Part shown: in pieces, positions 9,232-18,390 of the stretch | Layout of the letters: each line of letters begins with the position of its first letter | Numbering within the stretch: position 1 is the stretch's first letter | From: Chlamydiota bacterium | Lineage (GTDB): Bacteria > Chlamydiota > Chlamydiia > Chlamydiales > SM23-39 | Direction: 5' to 3' | DNA length: 64,000 nucleotides | NCBI GenBank assembly: GCA_038534095.1 | Contig: JBCAXK010000002.1 | Coordinates: 8,790-72,789, forward strand | The notes under the pieces: generated by a model | What the model saw: the letters and a program-made list of their open reading frames with translations, nothing else | Told to the model about the DNA's origin: nothing | The model's database searches: none | Program-made: the position numbers and the translations under genes

Positions 9232-10461
9232 ATGTCTTTAAAATCTCGTGAAAAAACCACCTTATTTTGGTTGGTCATAACGCAAATCCTGCAAGAGCCG
9301 ATCTTTGTTCTGTACAATTTTAGCGTCATCATTCTCCGGAAACACTTTGGCGTAAATGCCTTTTTGATCGGAGCCTTTGTGAGCCTAAAACCGGTGGTCT
9401 CGATTTTGTCCTTCTACTGGAGCTCTTATCTTACAAAGCGTCCAGGCTCTCTAAAGAGCAATTTTTTTTGGGCGAAAATCTTGGGACTTAGCCCCTTTCT
9501 TTTTTTTCCGCTGTTCGTCCATCCCCTCTATTTTCTTTTCGCGTCGGTCAATTACATTTTATTTTATAGGGCTGCTAAGCCGGCTTGGTTTGAAATTTTG
9601 CGTATGAATACGACCAAAGCCAGAAAAAAAACAGCATTTGGATGGGCTTTTGCCCTCGCGTATTTGGAAGGGATGTTTCTTGCGTGGATGTTTGGGCGGG
9701 TGTTAGATGATGATCAAAATGGCATTTGGCCCTATTTGTTTGTTCTCGGATCTCTGATCGGCTTCATCAATCTCTATTTTTTGTACAAGTTGCCCATGAT
9801 CTTTACAGAAAAAGCGGGGGAAAGTCTAAAAATTTCTTTGAAGCAGTGGTTGATCCACCCATGGACCCATACAAAAGAGCTGATGCAGCGAAGGGAGGAT
9901 TTTGCAAAGTTTCAATGGGGGTTTATGCTGTGCGGCATTGGCATCATGTCGATACAACCTGTGCTCCCTTTCCTGATGGTGGATGTGTTAGACATTTCTT
10001 ACGTTTCTTTTGGTCTGGCGCACACGTCTTGGAAAGGGATTTGTATCGTCCTATCTTCTCCCATTTGGTCCTATTTTCTGAAAAAGTGCTCCATTTTTCA
10101 GGTCGCCTCTTGGGTGTTTTTTTTCGTAGGACTCTTTCCTTTGCTGCTACTTTTCTCTCCACAAAACATTCTTTGGTTTTACGCAGCCTATGTTTTCTAC
10201 GGTATTGCTCAAGGAGGAAGTCATCTTATTTGGAATTTATCTGGCCCCATTTTTTCAGGGGAAGAAAAGAGCTCGTCTTACACAGCTACCAACGTGATGA
10301 TGATTGGAATCAGAGGGGCGTTTGCTCCTACGTTAGGAGCGCTCATCACAAGGCTTTATGGGCCATTTGTCACACTTGGTTTTGGATGCTTTTTTTGTTG
10401 GTTAGGCGCTCTCTACATTTTTCCGCAAAAGGAGCGCCTGTTTCTTCGGCTGGAATCCTAA
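9232..10461 (+). CDS. MFS-type polytopic membrane transporter, substrate unknown
   Basis: 409 aa with roughly 12 hydrophobic segments and a central charged loop (REDFAKFQ). No specific family was recognised. Confidence 0.55.
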   Translation: MSLKSREKTTLFWLVITQILQEPIFVLYNFSVIILRKHFGVNAFLIGAFVSLKPVVSILSFYWSSYLTKRPGSLKSNFFWAKILGLSPFLFFPLFVHPLYFLFASVNYILFYRAAKPAWFEILRMNTTKARKKTAFGWAFALAYLEGMFLAWMFGRVLDDDQNGIWPYLFVLGSLIGFINLYFLYKLPMIFTEKAGESLKISLKQWLIHPWTHTKELMQRREDFAKFQWGFMLCGIGIMSIQPVLPFLMVDVLDISYVSFGLAHTSWKGICIVLSSPIWSYFLKKCSIFQVASWVFFFVGLFPLLLLFSPQNILWFYAAYVFYGIAQGGSHLIWNLSGPIFSGEEKSSSYTATNVMMIGIRGAFAPTLGALITRLYGPFVTLGFGCFFCWLGALYIFPQKERLFLRLES

Positions 10462-10698
10462 CGGTGCAAATAGCCTCGCGCTCATCAAAAATCCTCTTTT
10501 GAGATGGCGGCTTGGGGCTGGTGCAAACTTTACGGGCGCCATCCTTCTATATCCTAGATAGCCCCAGATTGTTACGAGCAAAAAATATAGGCAGGTTATG
10601 AAACGCACAAGTCTATTCCTTTAAGAAAAAATAAAATTCTTTTTTTCTTAATCGAGACTTTGTATAGAAAGTACGTAGAGACTAGGGGGGATTTTTAC

Positions 10699-11892
10699 TT
10701 GCAAAATGCGCGCTTTTTCTTTGTTTGTTTACTTGGAACCATTGGATCGCTATTTTCGGAAAGTTATAGAGCGCCTGTAGAAAGCGGAAAAATCTCCATT
10801 TTTCTAAGCCGCGCTGACAATATCCCTATTGAGTCGATTGAAGATGCGCACGATGCCTATTTTGAAGGGTATATCCAAGCGTTGATTGATATGCATTATC
10901 ACGAATTTCGCGTGATGGTTCTTGTCAAAGAGCATGAAGTCTACCTCGCCCATCTTCCTAAAAACGCACTGACTAGAAGCAGCATTCTTTCGTTTGTTGC
11001 TGATATTCCTGGCGTTACGGCTGTTCATGAAATCGACCTCGTTCCGGAGAAAGAAGAAAAATTTCGGGAGAAATATGTAAGTTGGCCGAAAATGTCGGGT
11101 GTCTGGTTCCCCCAAACCACCCAGCTATTTTTGCCTTTAGTGGCTAATCCAAGACAAGTGACAAATTCGATTGGGTACAGGCAGGGAGATAACGTCATTG
11201 GAAAACATGTGATCCCCATTTCCCTCGGAGATGATTTCCCGCTCTACAGATGGCTAGATGTATTTTGGGGAGGGGACTTGCAAATCAGCATCGAATCGGG
11301 CATCTGGTCTGTGTTTGATTTAAATCCAAAGCCCAATATCAATGGGGGACCGGCTCTTGTCAATACCGATTTTTACGTAGCGATTCCTTTGACAGCAGCT
11401 GTAGATGCTTGGGCTTTTCGTTTACGTATCAGTCATCTTTCTTCCCATTTAGGCGACGAATTTATGGTGAATCATCCCGATGTTACACGGTTAAATCCTA
11501 GTTTTGAGGCGATCGATTTTTTTGTTTCGTATCAAGCGTTAAGCTCTCTTAGGCTCTACGCTGGGTCGGGAGGGTTGTTTGACACTGATCCAAGCTTTCC
11601 GATGAAGCCCTTGTATTTGGAATATGGAGCGGAGTACCGGTTTGGTGGGGTGAAGTTTCATCATCAAAGACTCTTTGGCGCATTTTTCTTAGCAGCGCAT
11701 TTCCGAACCTATCAGTACTTGAATTACGATTTTGATGGGACGTTCGTCGGAGGTTATGAATTTAGTCAGCTGAAAGGCGTTGGGAGAAAATTGCGCACCT
11801 TGATCGCTTACCATAAAGGGTTTTCTCTTGAAGGGCAATTTATGAAAGACCGTACTTCTTATTTTGAATATCAATTTTGTTATGGTTTTTAA
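10699..11892 (+). CDS. DUF1207-family protein (Chlamydiae-typical, roughly 400 aa, probable envelope protein)
   Basis: The size and the segments AFRLRISHLSSHLGDEF and YGAEYRFGG fit my recollection of DUF1207. I prefer the TTG at 10699, which has an AGGGGGG Shine-Dalgarno 7 nt upstream and gives the signal peptide (M)QNARFFFVCLLGTIGSLFS. The track start is 10660. Confidence 0.55.
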   Translation: MQNARFFFVCLLGTIGSLFSESYRAPVESGKISIFLSRADNIPIESIEDAHDAYFEGYIQALIDMHYHEFRVMVLVKEHEVYLAHLPKNALTRSSILSFVADIPGVTAVHEIDLVPEKEEKFREKYVSWPKMSGVWFPQTTQLFLPLVANPRQVTNSIGYRQGDNVIGKHVIPISLGDDFPLYRWLDVFWGGDLQISIESGIWSVFDLNPKPNINGGPALVNTDFYVAIPLTAAVDAWAFRLRISHLSSHLGDEFMVNHPDVTRLNPSFEAIDFFVSYQALSSLRLYAGSGGLFDTDPSFPMKPLYLEYGAEYRFGGVKFHHQRLFGAFFLAAHFRTYQYLNYDFDGTFVGGYEFSQLKGVGRKLRTLIAYHKGFSLEGQFMKDRTSYFEYQFCYGF

Positions 11893-11960
11893 AATAATCA
11901 GTGACGAAAAAATTGATTCAGCATTAACATTAGGGGATTTTTAATAATTATGGAGATAAC

Positions 11961-12836
11961 ATGGAACCTAAAACATTGGGTATTCATGACGGGGCTTTCC
12001 ATGCTGATGAAGTTACAGCAGCAGCTCTTTTACTTCTTTTTGATCAGATTGATGTCAAAAAAATCTATCGCACAAGAGATCCTCTGATTTTAAGTACTTG
12101 TGAATATGTGTGTGATGTAGGCGGAGTCTATGATCCACAAACCAAACGCTTTGATCATCATCAAGTGAGTTACAAAGGAGTGCTTTCAAGTGCTGGCATG
12201 GTGCTGAAGTACTTGAAAGATATCCACATTTTGGATACCTATCTTTACGATTACTTCAATCGTTCTTTGATTTTGGGAGTCGATGCTCACGATAATGGGC
12301 TTGCAAAAGTCGAAATTGGTTTTTGCTCGTTTTCTCAAGTCATCTCGAATTTTGTCCCTATTGAGCAAACCACCTCAAAAAAAGAGATGGATAGCGCCTT
12401 TTTTGAAGCGTTGCAGTTTGTAGTGCGCCACTTAGAAAAATTGCTCAAAAGGTACCATTACACGGTAAGTTGCCGTGAAAAGGTCGAAGAAGCGATGAAA
12501 AAAAATCAAAAGTTTCTCGAGTTTCAAGACCCGCTTCCTTGGATGGAAAATTTTTTCCTCTTAGGAGGAGAAAAACATCCCGCATTATTTGTGATTATGC
12601 CTGCAGGAGAGCACTGGAAACTCCGAGGAATCCCTCCCAATCTGAAGGATCGGATGAAAACAAGGTATCCTTTGCCGGTAGAATGGGCAGGGCTTCATGA
12701 TCAAGAACTAGCAAAAGTTTGCGGTATTCATGGTTCTATTTTTTGTCACAAAGGGCGTTTTATTTCTATTTGGAAAACAAAAAAAGATGCGTACACAGCT
12801 ATGGATCTTGTTCTTGGAAAAAGCCGTGATTCCTAG
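11961..12836 (+). CDS. MYG1/UPF0160 family metal-dependent hydrolase
   Basis: 291 aa. The N-terminal GIHDGAFHADEVTAAALL is the MYG1 signature (H.G.FHADE). Confidence 0.8.
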   Translation: MEPKTLGIHDGAFHADEVTAAALLLLFDQIDVKKIYRTRDPLILSTCEYVCDVGGVYDPQTKRFDHHQVSYKGVLSSAGMVLKYLKDIHILDTYLYDYFNRSLILGVDAHDNGLAKVEIGFCSFSQVISNFVPIEQTTSKKEMDSAFFEALQFVVRHLEKLLKRYHYTVSCREKVEEAMKKNQKFLEFQDPLPWMENFFLLGGEKHPALFVIMPAGEHWKLRGIPPNLKDRMKTRYPLPVEWAGLHDQELAKVCGIHGSIFCHKGRFISIWKTKKDAYTAMDLVLGKSRDS

Positions 12837-13101
12837 GAGCTCTATTGCGGTTGCAATTGCTTCTCTAGAAAAACAAACAATCTTTTCGTAAAGCTTTGGG
12901 CAATTCCAGAAAACGAGTATCTATGATCGGACATTCTTACCCCTAAAATTTCTAGAGGTCAATGATTTACTGCGGCTCAGACCTTCGAATATACAAGATG
13001 AGTTCCTTAGCTAGTGATTTTCTTTTGCTTGTTTTCTAGGAACAGATTTTCAAACAATAGAATACTGTTAGCCATGCCGAGCAGCAGGAAGTGGATATCA
13101 C

Positions 13102-14145
13102 ATGAAGAAATATGTATTCAAACCCTACAGCAAAATTTTTCCTAAACTTTTTGACAAAGAAAAGGCAAGGATCTTATCCCACATAAGTATGCCTTTAGCT
13201 ATTGAGCATATTGGCAGCACTGCCATACCTGGTCTTGGCGGAAAGGGTATTATCGATATCGCTGTAGCGGTTAGTAAACCCCATATGGACGTAACTTCCA
13301 AAAAGCTCCAAGATTTAGGATATGCGTACCGGCCCATTTTTAGTACCCCAGATCGATTCTACTTCATCATCTGCCTGCCCGATCCAGAAGAAGAAAATAG
13401 AAGGTATCATATCCATTTGACTTACCCTGAAAATCACGAATGGAAAGAGTTCACTGGCTTCCGAGATTATTTGAGACAGCACCCAGAAGAGTGTCAAGAG
13501 TACGCAGAATTGAAAAAACAAGCGGCACTTGAAGCCAATCATGAAGGCGATCGATATCGAAAAGTAAAAGAGCCTATGTTTGACAAGATTAGATCGCTGA
13601 ACAAGCACTTTCATTCCGAACAGCCTCCTAGGAAGAGTATGAAGATTCATCTATCCGTAGCAACGAAAGATGATAAGAACATCATCGAAAACCTCGGCCG
13701 CTTTTACGTGTATGACATGTCAAGATATTGCGGTTTTTTACCCACTTGGGAAGTGCCTTCTAATGGTCTTTTTGCATGCACGGATCTTAGCTCTTACTTG
13801 GAAAAAGCAGACAGGCATGCATTTTTAGTAAAAGTAGATGAAGAGCTGGCTGGATTTGTATTGATCAACAAGTTGGGAAGTACGCCAGATGTTGATTGGA
13901 ACGTTGGGGAATTCTTCATTGTTTCCAAATTTCAAGGGAAAGGAGTTGGACGTCATGTAGCAGAGCAAGTCTTCGATCAATTCCCTGGGGTGTGGGAGAC
14001 TTCTCAAATACTAGAAAATACAGCAGCGATAGAATTTTGGGATAGGGTCGTTAGTCAATATACAAATGGTCAATTTGAAAAAACACGCAAAATCGTACCA
14101 GAACCTGAGCCACATCCTATGGTTATTTTAAAATTCACCTCTTGA
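13102..14145 (+). CDS. GrpB-domain / GNAT N-acetyltransferase fusion protein
   Basis: 347 aa. The N-terminal half has the GrpB/UPF0157 motifs (IEHIGSTAIPGLGGKGIIDIAV, HIHL). The C-terminal half has the GNAT acetyl-CoA site (FIVSKFQGKGVGRHVAEQVF). Confidence 0.75.
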   Translation: MKKYVFKPYSKIFPKLFDKEKARILSHISMPLAIEHIGSTAIPGLGGKGIIDIAVAVSKPHMDVTSKKLQDLGYAYRPIFSTPDRFYFIICLPDPEEENRRYHIHLTYPENHEWKEFTGFRDYLRQHPEECQEYAELKKQAALEANHEGDRYRKVKEPMFDKIRSLNKHFHSEQPPRKSMKIHLSVATKDDKNIIENLGRFYVYDMSRYCGFLPTWEVPSNGLFACTDLSSYLEKADRHAFLVKVDEELAGFVLINKLGSTPDVDWNVGEFFIVSKFQGKGVGRHVAEQVFDQFPGVWETSQILENTAAIEFWDRVVSQYTNGQFEKTRKIVPEPEPHPMVILKFTS

Positions 14146-14410
14146 AGGAAGTTCGAATACTCATTCCGAATCAATTTCTCCTCGTGGATCAAAAAAAACC
14201 TCCCATAGTACAGAATTCCGAGGGCAGGTCTCTCCAAGGGGCTCCGGTACGCAATTTCCATAAAATGGCTTCCATAATTTCTCGATCATTTACCCACCGA
14301 TGGCAACCATGCTTTTTCATAGTGATTTGTAATTGTTCCCATATTGCACCACTTAAAATCCTTCAAACCATTTATAAAGCCTCTCTTCTGAAAAAAGAAA
14401 ATCTTACGCA
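14146..14410 (-). pseudogene. Decayed N-terminal fragment of an IS5-family transposase (DUF4096-type domain)
   Basis: The reverse strand reads FSEERLYKWFEGF*, then a 43-aa ORF at 14198..14329: MKKHGCHRWVNDREIMEAILWKLRTGAPWRDLPSEFCTMGGFF*. After a frameshift it continues ILYYGRFFLIHEEKLIRNEYSNFLQE. The segment ILW.LRTGAPWRDLP...G.W.TVY.RF is the hallmark of IS5/IS1182-type OrfA N-termini. No DDE domain follows, and the fragment abuts the GNAT gene's stop codon. Confidence 0.55.
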
Positions 14411-14705
14411 ATGCTCAGAAAAATAAAAAACTCATTCATATCAAAGATTAGGGGAGCTCCCATGTAATATTTATCCCATAAATCCTCCTTCGTTGGTAAG
14501 TGGGCATAGTATACACCACCACACTCTGGGACCAAACGTCTAAGACAGAGCAAGCTTATGTCCTTCAGGCCGCGTCACACAGCGAGTTTTTTCCTCAAGA
14601 TATAGCGCCCGATTTCCTCCCTTTTAGAGGAGATATTCTAGTGCGAGAGACTCGCTTTAGAGTCCCTTTGTCAAGCATTGTCCGATAAGACTACATATCT
14701 CAAAA

Positions 14706-16346
14706 TCACTTTGCTTTCCAAAACGTAGGGAAAAATAGCACAAGAATCGCAAAGTATTCTAACCTGCCAATCAGCATCCAAAAAATGGATAGCCCTTTTG
14801 CAATGGGGGAAAGAAAATTGATCTGCTGCGTAGGTCCTGATCCTCTAAATCCTATCCCAACATTATTGATGAGAGAACTGATCAGGCTGACAGAAGTTTC
14901 TAGATCGATCCCTGTGATGATGAAAAGACTGGCTCCAATCACAGAAGAAAAAAACGCTACGCAAAAAAACAGCAAAACCATAATCGCTGTCGTATGATCA
15001 ATCTCTATTTTACCAAAGCGGATGATCCTGATCGTTTCTGGGCGGAACAATCCTTCGAGACGATTTCTCGCAATTTTCCAAAAAAGGCAATAGCGCGTTG
15101 TTTTGATCCCTCCACTTGTTGACCCAGCCATCCCTCCAAAAAACATGGCTAAAAGAAGCCCAATTTGCGCGTTCAAAGGCCAAAGATCGTAATTGGCGGT
15201 AAAATACCCTGTAGAGGACTGGGCAGAAACCCACTGAAAGATCCCTGATCTGAACGCATCTGAGGGAGAGTAGATACCTGCCTGGTTGCCAAGCTCTTCT
15301 TTAGGGGTTCCTAAAATCGCAAAACTCGTTAGTAGAGATCCGATCAGAATGAGAGCAAGAAAAAGGAAAAAGTCACTTTTAGAAATTTTACGAAACTTCA
15401 TCCGAATCACATGAAAATAGAGACCAAAATTGATGCTACCCAAAATCATGAACAGGATCACAATCCATTCTGTGTAGGCATTATTGTAATAACCGATGCT
15501 CTCTTCGTGGAGAGTAAATCCTCCAGTAGAAAGGTTCGAAAAGGTGATGCACACAGCATCTAAAAAGGGGAGTGCACTGTTTGTGAAAAGGAGCAAGCTT
15601 ACCTCAAGAACCGAGAGGCAAATGTACAATTTCCATAAAAGAGAGGCCGTTTCTTTGAGGCGGGGAGATATCCCCTCTTTGACAGGACCTGTCATCTCTG
15701 TTTGATAGAGCGTTTTTCCTCCTACCCCCAGAGCGGGTAATACCGTTAAAAACAACACCACAATCCCCATGCCTCCTAACCACTGGAGAAATGAGCGCCA
15801 CACAAGGATGGCTCTACCTACAGCCTCGATCCCTTCTAACACCTCCCCTGTTCTCGTATCTTTCACAGGGTCGATCGTCCCATAGTAATCGTATAAGGAG
15901 AGGGAATCACTTTGCGCACTGACCGTTGTTGGAATTTCTTTCCCATCTGCATCAAATGTTTTCGGAGCCATCAAAGAAGCCCCTGTTGTCGTTAAAGCAG
16001 ACATCGATTCAAAGTAGGCATCCAAGGGGCTTTTGAATGTCCCTGAAAAGTAGAAGGGAAGAGCTGCGACAAACGAACTCAAAATCCATATTGCCATCAC
16101 AAGAAATATGCTATCCCTCCGAAAGAGCAGCCCTGTCCCCGACTGTCCCAAAAAACGGAAAAAAATGGCGAGAGCAATGCAGAAGAAAAATGTGAGAAGG
16201 AAGGCTTTTGAACTATGTGGCTGCGGGTGCGCTTCGGGCAATTCTATAAATTCAAAATACACCGCAATACACAGAGGAAAAAGAATCAGAAAGGAAAAAT
16301 AGAGAAAAAACCTTCCTAAAATCCGAAAAATTTCGTAATAACGCAT
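14706..16346 (-). CDS. trkH: TrkH/KtrB-family potassium uptake membrane subunit
   Basis: 546 aa, polytopic. Has repeated pore-loop-like segments (TTTGAS, LSTGGF, SSTGY, STSGGIKT) typical of TrkH. It is adjacent to trkA. Confidence 0.85.
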   Translation of the reverse strand: MRYYEIFRILGRFFLYFSFLILFPLCIAVYFEFIELPEAHPQPHSSKAFLLTFFFCIALAIFFRFLGQSGTGLLFRRDSIFLVMAIWILSSFVAALPFYFSGTFKSPLDAYFESMSALTTTGASLMAPKTFDADGKEIPTTVSAQSDSLSLYDYYGTIDPVKDTRTGEVLEGIEAVGRAILVWRSFLQWLGGMGIVVLFLTVLPALGVGGKTLYQTEMTGPVKEGISPRLKETASLLWKLYICLSVLEVSLLLFTNSALPFLDAVCITFSNLSTGGFTLHEESIGYYNNAYTEWIVILFMILGSINFGLYFHVIRMKFRKISKSDFFLFLALILIGSLLTSFAILGTPKEELGNQAGIYSPSDAFRSGIFQWVSAQSSTGYFTANYDLWPLNAQIGLLLAMFFGGMAGSTSGGIKTTRYCLFWKIARNRLEGLFRPETIRIIRFGKIEIDHTTAIMVLLFFCVAFFSSVIGASLFIITGIDLETSVSLISSLINNVGIGFRGSGPTQQINFLSPIAKGLSIFWMLIGRLEYFAILVLFFPTFWKAK

Positions 16347-16356
16347 GGATCCAATC

Positions 16357-17706
16357 CTAAAAAAGGTGCTCTAATTCATGCACAGTTCTTGGAGAGGTGA
16401 TCAAAATCACGGTATCACCAGCCGATAAAATGCAACTTCCCTTACCAATCATCACCTTCCCCTTGCTTTCGATAATGCAGATCAAAAGATCTTTGGGCAA
16501 ATAGGCAGCAAGATCTTCTAAAGGAACACCGATCAGCCCAGAATCGGAGGAGACTTTTAGTTCTACGACCCGCGCATGATCATCAACAACTGAAGAAATC
16601 GAAAGGATATTTTTCCCATGAATGATCGCTAGGATCTGATTGGCCATGTTGATTTTCCCCGAAAGGGCGTAACGCATTCCCCTTTCTTGAAAAAGACTGG
16701 CTACAGACAAATCAGAAATTAACGAAATCACGTAAGGGGCTCCCGCTTTTTGCCCCATAGAAGCAATGTAGAGATTGCTTTCGTCTCGGTGGGTCGTGGC
16801 TACAAACGCGTCGGCCTGTTCCACCTGCTCAGCAATCAAAAAGGGAAGATCGCTACCATCATGGTGCATGATCGTCGCTTTGGGAAGGACCTGCGCAAGG
16901 TGCGCGCACCGCTCTTCATTTTTCTCCACAATTTTTACTTCCAAGCCTAAATTGTGCAAAGAGATCGCAAGATGTACCGCAATATCTGAACCTCCAATTA
17001 TGACCACTTTCTTAAAGCGTTTTTTCGGAAGGGAAAATACCTTTTCTAAATGCAACATGCAAGAAGCCTCCCCAATCACCGTGATCTGATCCTCAGGCAT
17101 TAGGCAGTCCTGACCATGAGGAAAGATAATGGTAGGTTTCCCCGAAAGATTGCGCAGAATCAATCCGATGATCAACTCTTCTGGTAAACGGAGGTGCTTG
17201 ATCGCCGTTTTCGTGTGCGGCCAATTTTTCGGGATTGTGATGGTCTTCATATGAATCGATCCATGAGCAAATTGCTCATGGAGTTTTTCCCCCGGAGAAA
17301 GCATCGTTTGTAGTAGCTGCTGAGAGGAGAGAACATCAGCAGCAATGAAGTGATCTACATAAAAAAGGCGGGAAAAATCGAGCAGGCTCCTATTCAAATA
17401 GCCCGTTTCTTTGATCCTACAGATCGTGGTTTTGTATCCCAAATTTTTTGCCAAAGTGCAAGCAGCTAGATTCGTGGCATCATCTCCTGTCATAGCAATG
17501 AAAAAATCGGACGCGCTTCCCATCAAATCTTCGAGTATTCTCCAATCACTAGCAGAGAAGCGAGCTGTGGCGACATCCAATCCTTTTTCTAAGCCTTCCA
17601 ATGTGGAGGCGTCTTGATCTGCCAAAATGACCGAATGCTCTTCTTTAGAGAGCAAACTTGCGAGGTAACTTCCCATTTTTCCAGCGCCAAGAATCAAGAC
17701 ATTCAT
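16357..17706 (-). CDS. trkA: TrkA potassium uptake protein (two RCK/NAD-binding modules)
   Basis: Contains MNVLILGAGKMGSYLA and a second Rossmann motif VVIIGGSDIAV. The start is set at the ATG at 17706, which forms an ATGA overlap with the upstream gene's stop. Confidence 0.85.
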   Translation of the reverse strand: MNVLILGAGKMGSYLASLLSKEEHSVILADQDASTLEGLEKGLDVATARFSASDWRILEDLMGSASDFFIAMTGDDATNLAACTLAKNLGYKTTICRIKETGYLNRSLLDFSRLFYVDHFIAADVLSSQQLLQTMLSPGEKLHEQFAHGSIHMKTITIPKNWPHTKTAIKHLRLPEELIIGLILRNLSGKPTIIFPHGQDCLMPEDQITVIGEASCMLHLEKVFSLPKKRFKKVVIIGGSDIAVHLAISLHNLGLEVKIVEKNEERCAHLAQVLPKATIMHHDGSDLPFLIAEQVEQADAFVATTHRDESNLYIASMGQKAGAPYVISLISDLSVASLFQERGMRYALSGKINMANQILAIIHGKNILSISSVVDDHARVVELKVSSDSGLIGVPLEDLAAYLPKDLLICIIESKGKVMIGKGSCILSAGDTVILITSPRTVHELEHLF

Positions 17707-18305
17707 AAAGCCATTTTCTTCTTTTGTTGAGCGATCCAATCTTCTGCTGTCATGATTTGACCAAAAGCGCCTAAATTCACTAGAGAGGCTTCGTGTAAGG
17801 AATCCGAATAGCTAGCAACGCAGTCGGTTAACGTTGTGACGCGCAACTGGCGACTCACCGCTTCTCGCGCGCATGATTCGACCGCTCCATTTGTGGTAAA
17901 TCCCGATAGAATCAGCGAATCGATCTGCATAGCTTCTAAAAACCGGTCCAATTCTGTCTGATGAAAGGGAGACATGCCCCATTGATGAATTTTGTAATTC
18001 ACATAAGAGATTTCTTGTAAGAGATCATGCCCCCAGCTTTTGGCTCGAAATCCCTCTTTTTCTAAAAAGGGGCGCAGCTTTTTTGCGCTTCCCAAACTGC
18101 ACGCTTTCCCTTCAAGATCGGTGATGATGCTCAGCAACGTGGCAAAAATAGGGATCCCCTTTTCTTTGCAAAAATGCATCATTTTGACAACGTTTGGCAA
18201 AATATTTGGGATGTGCGCGGGAACAAGACCATTTTGCGCGTAGATCCCCTCGGGATGGCAAAGGTCGTTTTGCATGCATAGGATAAGAAAGCAAGGAGAA
18301 GGCAT
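17703..18305 (-). CDS. isochorismatase-family cysteine hydrolase
   Basis: 200 aa. Begins CFLILCMQNDLCHP and has the typical LILSGFTTNGAVESCAREA segment of the isochorismatase/nicotinamidase fold. Confidence 0.7.
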   Translation of the reverse strand: MPSPCFLILCMQNDLCHPEGIYAQNGLVPAHIPNILPNVVKMMHFCKEKGIPIFATLLSIITDLEGKACSLGSAKKLRPFLEKEGFRAKSWGHDLLQEISYVNYKIHQWGMSPFHQTELDRFLEAMQIDSLILSGFTTNGAVESCAREAVSRQLRVTTLTDCVASYSDSLHEASLVNLGAFGQIMTAEDWIAQQKKKMAL

Positions 18306-18390
18306 CGTTCTTTAAGCCTCTTTATCCTCGTTGTATCTTCTTAAGAGATTTTTGTCGATTCCTACAAGGAGCCTATGCTACGATTCGCCT

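Noticed and set aside
9726-10502. 258-aa plus-strand ORF
   Set aside because: It lies entirely within the MFS transporter gene (9232..10461) in another frame. Its Arg/Ser/Cys-rich composition is typical of an off-frame translation.
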